DNA of 20,000 bases, from positions 331,337 to 351,336 of the forward strand of contig NW_008246078.1 in NCBI RefSeq assembly GCF_000281045.1, in the 5' to 3' direction. The stretch comes from Saprolegnia diclina VS20 (taxonomy: Eukaryota). Positions 8,249 to 18,134 of this stretch are shown one piece after another. The notes beneath the pieces are model-generated. The model did no database searches, was not told where the DNA came from, and saw only the letters and a list, made by a program, of their open reading frames with translations. Numbering within the stretch: position 1 is the stretch's first letter; each line of letters begins with the position of its first letter. Both the position numbers and the translations under genes were made by a program.

Positions 8249-10915
8249 TTAAAAATCGTCGTCGAGGACGAATGCAGGGGTCGACGTCGCCGCCACTGGC
8301 GAGAGCGTGGCGGCCGCGAGCGACAGCGTTGCTGCGACGGACACTGTGCGCGGCTTGGCGACGCCGGTGCCACCTGCGTACGAAAAGAACTTGCCATTGG
8401 CCACGACCATGTTGGCCTACAGATTCCTTAGTTCCGTGCTGTCGCACGCCACAAGTCATTCTACCGCATCGAGGGCGACGTGGTGTGGAAACTGCTTCAT
8501 GCCCAGGAAGCGCTTGAGCGCTTCCTTCGCAGGCAACGTCACGTGCACGTGCGTCACGTTCGGTAGCGTGGCCCAGCCGTTCCGGAGCACCATGGCCCAG
8601 CCGTGCTTGGCGTCGTCGGCGTTGACAAGCACGTACTGCACGGTCTTGTCAGTGTTGGCTGCGGCCTGCGCCAACAATGTCGCGATGGCCTCGGGGCATT
8701 GGACGCACGTCGTCGACCAAAAATCTACCGAGCGTTTCACGCTTGTATCAAGTTGATACAAGCCGTACCGAGGATCGTGGCGGTGCGGCCGCGCGGAAGA
8801 AGACTTGTGAAGTCCGCCGGCATCATCGTGCGCATGTCGGTGGCAAGGATCTTGGGGAAGGCCTTGCCGTGACAGGCATCATGGCCCACGTACACCGTCG
8901 GCGACGCCTACATTCAAGTGAGCTCTCGCGCACCACGTCGCACAATGCCTCACCGGAACTTGCGCGTCCAGCGCGGCGTACGAGAAGAAGCTGCCGTTGA
9001 GACGCACGGCGTGGTCCTACCGTCCAGATTAGGAAACACTACGTCGTGATCGTGGCATTGCGCACGTACCGGGCCCAGGTACACGTGGTGCGGGACCTGC
9101 TTCATGCCGAGGAAGACCTGCAGCGCCGTTTTGGCGGTCGGCGACACGTGCAGATGCAGCACGCGCGGGTCGTGGTGCCACTGCCGCGTCTGCACCATCG
9201 ACCAGCCCTTCGTCGCATTGTCCGTGTTGACAAGGATGTACTGGATCCGCCCCATGGGCGCATGCTCGGCGTGGTGCGCAAGGAGCGTCGCGATTGCTTC
9301 AGGGCACTTGACGCATGTCGTCGACCAAAAGTCTATGCCATAGCAAGATGAGCCGATCTAATGCAACAAGCGCGTTGACAGCTACCAAGGACAACGAGAG
9401 CGTTCCGGGTCAACACGGCGTGCAGCGAGAGCTCGATCTGCGTGCCGAGGCGCAGCACGGGCACGTCTGGGATCACCTTGCCGTGGCACGCGTCGTGACC
9501 GGGCAGGTACGCCGTGGGCGACGACGGCGGCGTTGGCGGCACCGGCTGCACCATCATGTCGACAATGTCGTACGAGAAGAACGAGCCGTTACGGATGACG
9601 TGGCGGGCCTAGCGTGCAGCATTGGCACGAGCAAAGATCGCTAGGATGTACCGGGTGCAACAAGACACAGTGCGACGATTGCTGGAGCCCGAGGAACTTG
9701 TCGAGCGTGGCCTTCTCGGACGGCGCCAAGTAGACGTTGAGAATCGCCGTGTTCTTGTAGTGCGCCTGGACACGGTCCCACGCCTTGACAGGATCGTCCG
9801 TGTTGATGAGGACATATTGCAATGGCAAGTCGCCGCTGTGCTTTGCGTGGTGGGCCACGAGGGCTTCCATGGCCGCGGGACTCTTGGGACACGTCGTCGA
9901 CCAAAAGTCTAGTCAAAATAAGACAAGATGTCCATAAAACGAGTGCCGACCGTACCGAGAATCGTGTACTTTGTCGGCACGAGCAGCTCAAAGAGGCTGC
10001 GCGCATATCGGGCGTTGGGTGCCGGAAGGATGACCACATCAACGTTGGGAAACACCATGCCGTGGCACGCGTCCTGCGGTACATAGAGGGTCGTCGACGG
10101 CACCGCTGGCATCGCTGCCGGCTGCAACAACTCGAAACTGAAGCTCGGGCCGTGGGCGAGCACGCGGTGGCTCTACAACGTCCATGAACTCTGGAAGGTG
10201 AATGATGCGTACGGCGTCAGCAAGGACATGGTACGGTGTCGCTGAGATACTCAGTGCCTTCTTGAGCGTCGCGAGCGCGTCTCTAACGAAACCTTTATGA
10301 GCCTCCATGCGCGCCTGGACTCGGTGTAGATCTACCCGGCGATGTGGTAGTGGTGCAGCGTTTGCTGCGGGAAAAACCACTTTTTGAGTGCGACCTTGTC
10401 GGCGACCTGCTCGGGCGACGGCGCGTCATGGAGGACGATGAAGTGCACGTCGCGCCGCTTTGCTTGGAGGTCGATGGCTTGCGCCTGAAGCGCTTGCATC
10501 GTCGTCGCCTTGGTCGTCCCATCGAGCAGCACTACTCTCAGCATTAGAAGACATGGCATGCGGTATGAGCTCTCGCACCGAGCACGGTCTTGGGCGCCTT
10601 GGCCGGCATCGTTTCAAACAACGTGAACGGTGCCTTTGTAAAGACGTCGGTGACCGTCACGTTGGGTAACGTGTGCTGCGCACTGAGGCGGGGCGAGCTC
10701 ACGTGCGAGCGGACGCCTTTGAGCATCTCGACGTGCACCGCGCTGCCCTGGATCTGGATACCAAGTTTGGCGGCCCGTGGGAGCCCGAGCTCCATTTTAG
10801 CGAGGGCAGCGACCTTGGCGATCGCCGCGCTGTCGGCCTGGCCTTGCATCGCCGGGCTCAGGCGGAGCGTGGCGGTCGACGAATCCCCGTGCAGAGCTTC
10901 GATCTCAACGTTCAT
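8249..10915 (-). CDS. Protein with four tandem thioredoxin-like (TlpA/redoxin-type) domains and a C-terminal FVLDDDF tail, ~730 aa, 11 exons
   Basis: Exons 10915-10579, 10531-10336, 10282-10213, 10172-9956, 9908-9652, 9608-9386, 9332-9070, 9016-8954, 8907-8769, 8724-8465, 8416-8249. All introns are GT-AG, 40-53 nt, and the frame is continuous. Repeated motifs: DACHG..P, DFWSTTCxx[CS]P, QY[VI]L[VI]N.D, LG[ML]xQxPHHV, NGxFFSY. Confidence 0.85.
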
Positions 10916-10950
10916 CTTTGCACTTTGAGCCGGTTGAGGAGAAAGGCAAC

Positions 10951-11154
10951 TTGGCGCGCTAAAAATACCACGCCGTCATTGGCTGGCTTGCTATTGATAG
11001 AGCCAATCCGCATCCAGAAACCAAGATCTGATATTCTGATTGGTAGAAAAGGAATGCGGTTTCGCTCGGATCCTAGCTTCCGTGTCGCTTAGGATTGGTT
11101 GCAACGCCATCCTTTTCAGCCAATCCACACTTTGCTGTTGACGATTCAACCAAT
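10951..11154. promoter_or_regulatory. Promoter with six CCAAT boxes and an E2F-like site upstream of the four-thioredoxin gene
   Basis: CCAAT/ATTGG at 10978, 11003, 11039, 11094, 11120 and 11150. TTGGCGCGCTAAAA at 10951-10964. Confidence 0.6.
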
Positions 11155-11576
11155 GAGAACCATAAAACGCATACATTTCTCCACAATTTCAACCACTCAT
11201 AAGACGAATACAGGTTGGCATCGACCATAGCTTTTGAATCTCCACAACGCAACATGACTGCGCGCGCAGATGGTTCAAACGACGGAGGACAACATACAAG
11301 ACCAAGATGCAAGCGCCCACGCAATCGAATCTTTTCTGCAATAAGATTGTCTGGCGCCGAGTTGAAGTCACACCGAGGGTGTCGACTCGACACACGATTA
11401 CGCAAGGGCCTGCTGTGACAGACACAACAATAGACAAGGGATTCTTCTCTGTGCTTTCTCTCTATTCGAACTCTTTCCAATACTGGAAGGACCTTCGTTG
11501 CTACAGCTTGGACTGGCAACCTCGGGGTAAAAACACGAGTACGTTGGCACATGACACAGGTGGTATTCGAGTGCAT

Positions 11577-12327
11577 TTACGCCTTCTTGGCCTTCTTGGC
11601 CTCGGCTTCAATGGCGGGCTTGGCGTTGCGTTCAAACTGCGCAACAATCTCGTTGAACGACGTGTACGCGAGGATGCTGGGGAAGATGCTCCACGGCATG
11701 TTCATGCCGACGCAGATGACCCAGAAGAGACCCGGGTCCGACGAGACGTGCGAGTGCTCCGAGAAGAGCGGGTGGAGGCAGAACCACGTCAAGCCGTACA
11801 GCTGCATGATGCTCACCTAGTCGTGTCAAATGAGTCCAATTGCAGTCCACTCTGTGGCGCCGTACAATCAAGGCGACCGGGTGGTAGTAGCTCTTGTTGG
11901 TGACAAAGGCGTACGCAGCCAAGAGGCACAATGGACCGTCGAGCAGCGCCCTACACAGAGGCATGCTGGATGCAAGCGAGCGATATATGGAGGTGTTGTA
12001 CGTGATGGTCTCCATGGCCGCCGTGCCTTCTTCCATCGGGTAGCCGTAGCGGTAGTCCGAGGCCGAGTAGAGGTCCATGGCGCCGCCAAAGTACTGGTTG
12101 TCGCGGAAGAACGTGAACGAGAGCTCGAGGTAGCTGTGGATGTAGCCCGAGAGCACAAACCAGCCGACCGTGAACGTATGGGCACGCTTGGGGTTGATGA
12201 CCGTCAAAATGAGCATCGTAAAGTGCGCGAAAAGCATGAGCGGCACGAGCATGTAGAGCCACTCGGAGAGCTCGACCTTGTTGAAGGCTTCGGCGAGCGT
12301 CTGCTGCGGCGGGACGACGGACGGCAT
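11577..12327 (-). CDS. EBP/EXPERA-domain membrane protein (sterol delta8-delta7 isomerase-like), ~216 aa, 3 exons
   Basis: Exons 12327-12002, 11950-11866, 11816-11577. Motifs WFVLSGYIHSYLE, YSASDYRY, METITALLDGP, QLYG, MNMPWSIFP. Several TM helices and a C-terminal KxKxx ER-retrieval signal (KKAKKA). Confidence 0.85.
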
Positions 12328-12333
12328 GGCAGG

Positions 12334-12349
12334 CAAATTCGAAAATGAC
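12334..12349 (-). promoter_or_regulatory. INR+FPR core promoter of the EBP-like gene
   Basis: Minus-strand GTCATTTTCGAATTTG, an excellent match to the oomycete YCATTYYNNNWTTY element, immediately before ATG 12327. Confidence 0.65.
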
Positions 12350-13295
12350 ACACGTCGATCCTTTCATACTTGATGCCAGGTGCATCGATTGTGGAAGGTA
12401 CCTGCGATAATACATACAAAGTATGCATTATGACAGGATTTTCGATGATTCGTGCGCTGGCAGAGGGGCCGTGAACATGCGAGACGGCGTCGGTGAGGAT
12501 GCCAAGGAAGCGCGGACTTGGCTACCGGCGAGGTCGCATGCTCCATGGACGAGATGAGAGACGATGGGTCATGGAGCGAAAACACTGCAGGCGATGCATG
12601 GCAGACTGTTCGGACGTCGGCGAACGTACCAGACGTCCAACATGGGCAAAGGCGCGAGGCTGGTGGCTGGCTGCAAGCACGCAGAGGAATACGGGCGAGA
12701 CGATGGCGCCGTCAACATGGCTGTGCTGGAGTTGACGTACAGCGTGAACTCATCATGCGATGAATGGCTGCGCATCAGTGAGATGGGCGGGTGTAGAACC
12801 TGCCTGCCCAGCAGTGGTGCCGCAGTACCCTCGCTCCCCAACAACGGGTGAATCATGGTCATTAAGTAGCGCACGCCGCCTTGGTAGAGCTGGCTGGTAG
12901 CACAGTGCTCCATCTTGTGCTACGGAGCGCCACGCCCGATTGTGTGGCGGGCAAGATCGTGGGATGTTACCCATTAGGAGTCGATGGCGGGCGTCGATCC
13001 CTACTAACGTTAGCATCGGCAAGACACCTCCAACAAGCTACGCAGCGCCATCGCCCATGATCGCAGGCGCTGGACGACTGCCTGCCGGAGAGCGCGACGC
13101 TCGACATGCCACGCCTTGATCATGGGCAGGTGGACGGTGTTTCCATGGATATCAGTCCCGCGCGCTGCCCTTCGGCGTGGTCATCGCGTTGTCTACCAAG
13201 CCATTGCCGTCCGAGACGTCGTCTTGCAGAGAAAGACGGGACGCAATGAGATATCATGCATTAGTCGAGAAGCGCGGAGGCTATCGGAGGTCGCA

Positions 13296-13615
13296 CTAGT
13301 ATTTCGGGTCGATTTGGCGGGACCAGTTCTACAAGGGCGAGCGTGGGCGACGAGGCGCAAGCCAGCGCATGGGCGTACCTTGTAGTCGGGGTCAAACTTG
13401 AACTGGTTGTCGTCGAGGAAGAGCATGTCGACGACCAAGATCATCGTGAGGAAGATGACGACCGTGGCCTACATGGACGAGAACGACGACGCATGAGGCC
13501 TCTACCTAGGCAGGCGCGCATGTACCCAGGGGATCCACGCAGCATCGGCGGCGATGGCGACGACGATGAAGAAGAGGATGAGGAGCGCCTGGAGCTTCTG
13601 CCGGTATTTGTACAT
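13296..13615 (-). CDS. 70-aa two-helix membrane microprotein, 3 exons, unknown function
   Basis: Exons 13615-13526, 13468-13379, 13328-13296 with GT-AG introns of 57 and 50 nt. Product: MYKYRQKLQALLILFFIVVAIAADAAWIPWATVVIFLTMILVVDMLFLDDNQFKFDPDYKNWSRQIDPKY. Strong GC3 bias. Confidence 0.8.
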
Positions 13616-15870
13616 CGTGCTTGCTCTGTAGTGTCCGTTGGGGGCCCTGCAGTCAAAGGATGGAAACTTCCGTGTTTTAAACAATCACCCAAGTGTTTTA
13701 AACACCATTTGCGACAAAGAGGCGGTGCGGTTGAAGGCGGCAATCCTCGCAGACTGTATACTGGCACCCAACCTTTTAAATTCGATGTACACACCATTTT
13801 ACGGACTACACTATATCCACAATAATTTTTCTGTACAACACCAATTTATGAACCACACTATTTAAAACGAAACGGAGCGCGCCGGGCTCGCAGGATCTGG
13901 CAGCGGCCCCTTTGCCAGGACTGCGTACCCCACGCGATGCTGTACATATCGATGTTTAGTTGGTAACGTGCACTTTCATTCAGCGTGCTAGAGCGTGTCA
14001 AGCAGAATGGAAGGGACCGCCAGGAATTGAAAGCAGCTCTGCACTCTGCATTCGTCAGCACTGGTAAACGTCATGATGACATTCATTTTGCAGTCCCTTT
14101 TGCCTCTCGTCCAAAGACAAAGATTAGACAAATCAAGGCGAGGCTTTTCCTCAGAGCCGTCGGGCGGCACCTGATGTTTTCGATGCAAAGATACCGCCGA
14201 CATGATGCGTACAGTACTAGTACTATACAAGTAGAATTTTGGTCGCCTGTCCAGCAACCCGTTGGCGATGTTCGGCCTATTTCACTCAACGAAACAACGT
14301 CCGGCGTTTGCAGCAGCCACCCCTCCCACGCTTTCATGCCACAGCAAATACTTGGTATCCGTGTGATTTTGCTCAACTTTTGAAACAAAGTCGCAGTACG
14401 AGTGGCGCAAGGCCAACCACAGACCTCGACTCGCGGCCCAAAGTAATTGAGCTGGAAGACTTCAAGTAATCTCGGCAACCTACTCCATTATGATTGATAC
14501 GGTGTTTCTAGATTCTCCAATGGCCTCCAGCCGATCGCAGGCTCACCACAAACACTGTGAGCTGTGCCCCAGAAACAAATCGTGAGTGGAGATGACTTTT
14601 GCAAAACGAGCTTCACTTGACGCCCCGCCTCTGGGGTCGGCTCGCGCCAATTCCAGAGATTCGCCGAGATGCGACCAGGTACCTGCAACACGGTAGTGGT
14701 CTCGGAATCTTCGCTAACCCGCTTGAGGGTGCGTCACCAACAGCCTGGGTTAGCTCGCACCCAAAGGACCACGTCACCCGATCGTGGCTTGAGTTCTGTT
14801 GCTTGCAAACGTGGCAGCGCTCGGGCTAGAACGCTGATCTGTCGTACACTACCTCACAGACTACATTGCCCGTTCAACAAGAGTCGTTGTAGGGAATACC
14901 TCGTGCGCGATTCATCGCATGAGCAGGTCCCAGTTCGGCGAGACAACTGCCATCTGTAGTGCCATATGGTAATGAACGGCTCTGCGGCGCTTCAAGACCA
15001 AACAGCCGAGGACTCTCAGGCGCTGGAGAGACCCATAGCTCGTTCCCGCAATAGCTTTTGCCGGTGCGGATTCTATGCATGCGAAAATATTGGCGCGTTA
15101 AAGTGGCCACCAAAGACCATTCTATGTGGAGCAATAGAGTCGGGACGACAATGACCGACATGCGGGGGCCAAAGTGCGCCTGGTCTTGGCTCGCATGACT
15201 CCCATGAGCGACACTCTTAGCTACTAGAACGCAACCGTTGTTTTTTTCCGGAAATACTGTACAAAAGTAAGCAGATGCTGGAACTTTCCCGGACTTGGGC
15301 AGCACTCGAAGCGGCGTTCCTCTCACCTTCGTGCTGAGATCCGCCTCAAATATTCGACCACGTTGTTAGTGCGAACGCGAACTTGGATTTGAAAAAGCAA
15401 ACGAACGCAGCACAACAACGTATTTTACAATCGCTGGCGTGGTGGCGGACTCATGCGCGATCCAATGCGACGCCAACGATATTCGAATCACTTTCCTCAG
15501 ATGCTACTACTTTAGTACTCGCACCGTAGCAACTGGGAATGAAGCTGTTGGGCGCACTTTGCTCTTGTCGATTCCGCGTCATACCTGCGCGAAACTGTCG
15601 GAATCTTGTCCCGCGGTTTGCATCCAGCTCGGCGTTTCTCTCGGCCTTGAGATTCCGATGCAGACCAGATGTCAGACCACATGTTTTAGATGCGGCACTC
15701 GCCGACCCGACAAGATTCCAATCCAGCTGCTTTGAATCTGGCACGTGACTCACATTTCCCAGGTCCACCGGAGGAGCGTTCGCCGTCGCTATCTGAGAAC
15801 AGCCCGTGTCCCACGGGCCTCAGATTGAGGGCCGACAAGATACCCCTTGCCGTTGACGACATCGTCTTTC

Positions 15871-15886
15871 CTCACTCTTCCATTTG
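15871..15886 (+). promoter_or_regulatory. INR+FPR-like core promoter of the first purple acid phosphatase gene
   Basis: CTCACTCTTCCATTTG ending 14 nt before ATG 15900. Confidence 0.55.
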
Positions 15887-15899
15887 CCACCTCTCGAAC

Positions 15900-17276
15900 A
15901 TGCAGCTCTCCAAGTGCCTTGCTGGTCTCTCGCTCCTCGCCGCGACGGCCGCAACGTCCGTCTCGCAGGTCCACGTGACGCTCTCGTCCGAAGTCGTCGG
16001 CTGCAAGGACGGCGTGTCGATCACGTTTGCGAGCGACGCGGCCACGCCGTTGACGCTCACGTACAGCGCGGGCAGCACCGAGAAGACGGCGACGACGACC
16101 ATCAACTCGTACAAGGTCGACGATGTCAACTGCACGTATGCCTCGCCCAACTTTCACACGGCGCAGCTCTGCGACCTCTCGGCCAACACGCAGTACACGT
16201 ACTCGGTCGGTGGGTTCAAGGAAAGCTTCAAGTCGATTCCGGCCAAGGGCAAGAAGACCGTTCTCTCGGTCGTCGGTGACGTCGGCATTGAGCAGATTAA
16301 GGCCACGATCTCCAACATGGCGGCCGACCTCAAGGGCACGACGCCGGACGCGGTCATTGTCGCGGGCGACTGGGCGTACGCCAACGGCTTCCATGCCGAC
16401 TGGGACAAGTGGCTCGAGGCGACGCAGCCGCTCTTCTCCAAGACGCCGCTCCTCGGCATCAACGGCAACCACGAGGTCATTCAGGGCAACGGCGTCAACT
16501 ACGACAACCAGTGCAAGCCCGAGTACTACTCGGCGTACAGCAACCGCATCGTGACGCCGATCACGGACGAGGCCAACAAGGACCACCGCACGTGGTACTC
16601 GAAGAAGATTGGCAACATCCACGCCGTCTTCCTCGACGACTACACGGGCGTCCTTGGCGACAACAACATTGGCTCGGACTACTGGCTCACGCACCGTAAC
16701 CAGCAGCTCGACTGGCTCAAGAAGGAGCTCGCGGGCGTCAACCGCGAAGAGACGCCGTACCTCATCGTCTTCAAGCACAACCCGTACTACAACACGTGGG
16801 CCAACCACCAGTGCCAGTGCTCGCCCGTCAAGTTTGAGATCAACGACGTCGAGTCGTGCTGGAAGGGCAACTACTACACCAACTCGACGGCCACGAGCGG
16901 CAAGCTTGGCGGCCCGCGCAGCGAACCCCACTGCGGTCTCCAGGGCAAGTTCGAGGACCTCTACCTCCAGTACGGCGTCGACGCCGTCATGGCCGGCCAC
17001 GTGCACGCGTACGAGCGCACGGCGCCCATTTACAAGAACAAGATCACGGACGGTGCCCCGGTGTACTTCACGGTCGGTACCGGTGGCCACGGCCTCTACC
17101 AGGGCGCGATCTCGCCGATCCCGGACTGGTCCAAGTCGACGTCGAGCTCGCTTTATGGCGCGTCGCGCGTGATTGCTGACGACGACAAGTTGACCATCTA
17201 CTACCGCGCCAACGGCGAGACCACCACGATCTTTGACTCGGTCGAGATCAAGCGCCGTGCCAAGCCCGCATGCTAA
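15900..17276 (+). CDS. Secreted purple acid phosphatase (calcineurin-like metallophosphoesterase), 458 aa, intronless
   Basis: Signal peptide MQLSKCLAGLSLLAATAATS, an N-terminal FN3-like domain, and all five PAP metal-ligand motifs: GDVG, GDWAY, GNHE, VFKH, GHVH. Confidence 0.92.
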   Translation: MQLSKCLAGLSLLAATAATSVSQVHVTLSSEVVGCKDGVSITFASDAATPLTLTYSAGSTEKTATTTINSYKVDDVNCTYASPNFHTAQLCDLSANTQYTYSVGGFKESFKSIPAKGKKTVLSVVGDVGIEQIKATISNMAADLKGTTPDAVIVAGDWAYANGFHADWDKWLEATQPLFSKTPLLGINGNHEVIQGNGVNYDNQCKPEYYSAYSNRIVTPITDEANKDHRTWYSKKIGNIHAVFLDDYTGVLGDNNIGSDYWLTHRNQQLDWLKKELAGVNREETPYLIVFKHNPYYNTWANHQCQCSPVKFEINDVESCWKGNYYTNSTATSGKLGGPRSEPHCGLQGKFEDLYLQYGVDAVMAGHVHAYERTAPIYKNKITDGAPVYFTVGTGGHGLYQGAISPIPDWSKSTSSSLYGASRVIADDDKLTIYYRANGETTTIFDSVEIKRRAKPAC

Positions 17277-17513
17277 GTGGGTTTTGTATTTTCCACATTT
17301 CCACGACTATCGATCTACTGTAATCGATTTTATCTTTTTCGTTTTGAAATTTGACTTTGGATATCGTTCAACTGTGACGCACTTGCGCTGGTGAATGTGC
17401 GGCGAGCGGTGTCGAGAGCGCGAGAGGTTACACCTTCTCCACGGTAGGTCGGTGCCGAACCGGGCTGCTACTGTGTCTACACCTAGCACGACACCACGTA
17501 TCACATTCTGGAA

Positions 17514-18134
17514 CTACCCTATTCCTGGTTCCTGCTGCCTGCAGCCATACGCTCTCGCTAGATAGCCGGCTTTGACACAGCAAGTGTGATCGGTCCGCAC
17601 AAGACAACTGATGATACACTGGAGTGGCTTTAGCAACGCGAGGCCAGCAACTGCGACGACGTCCGTGGCCCCGAGAAGGGCCAGTGTCGCGACGCGGCGG
17701 CGTGGGTCGTCGACGGCGGAGACGAGCCACTGGACAGACGTAGGTAGCCCCACGAGCCGTGCGCGGTGCACCTTGGGCCAGAAGAGGAGCCGCACACCGT
17801 GGACGTCGCGGCCATATGTCATGCGCACCTTGGCGGCGGCCACGCCATGCAGCACCATACCAGGGATCGCTGACGGCGGGAAAGCGACCACCTTTGGCTG
17901 TACGGACCGAGTCAGTGCTATGTCATAGTCGCCGGCGATGCGCAGGGCGTCAAAGAAGCGCCCGTCGTCGCCTTGCAGCAGCTCAAAGCAGAGCGCGTCG
18001 TTGCGTGCCTGGAGCGCGTAGCCCATGACGGCCTCGTCGGCTGCATGCGCCTGGCGCGCGACGTCGCGCAGGAGAGCGACCGCGCGGGCGTTGTCGGTCG
18101 CCAGCAGGGCGAGGACGTCGTCGTACCGGCCCAT
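17514..18134 (-). CDS. Hypothetical protein (~206 aa)
   Basis: ATG 18134 starts a GC-rich, coding-like stretch (MGRYDDVLALLATDNARAVALLRDV...) after an AT-rich leader. The last ~35 codons look less coding-like, so the 3' end is uncertain. No recognisable domain. Confidence 0.5.
   Translation of the reverse strand: MGRYDDVLALLATDNARAVALLRDVARQAHAADEAVMGYALQARNDALCFELLQGDDGRFFDALRIAGDYDIALTRSVQPKVVAFPPSAIPGMVLHGVAAAKVRMTYGRDVHGVRLLFWPKVHRARLVGLPTSVQWLVSAVDDPRRRVATLALLGATDVVAVAGLALLKPLQCIISCLVRTDHTCCVKAGYLARAYGCRQQEPGIG

Noticed and set aside
8696..9891. Possible selenocysteine (UGA) in the thioredoxin active sites
   Set aside because: The codons are TGT/TGC or AGT; the spliced model has no in-frame TGA.
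12400..13290. Short ORFs between the EBP-like gene and the microprotein
   Set aside because: No host-like codon bias, splice pattern or domain signal.
15690..15899. N-terminal extensions in the ORF track (also 966-1004, 6234-6422, 12328-12351, 18135-18326)
   Set aside because: These rely on upstream alternative starts. Downstream ATGs fit better with INR/FPR positions, homology, codon style or the signal peptide.
15789..17090. 433-aa antisense ORF overlapping the phosphatase gene
   Set aside because: Shadow ORF expected from strong GC3 bias on the coding strand; it has no protein motifs.
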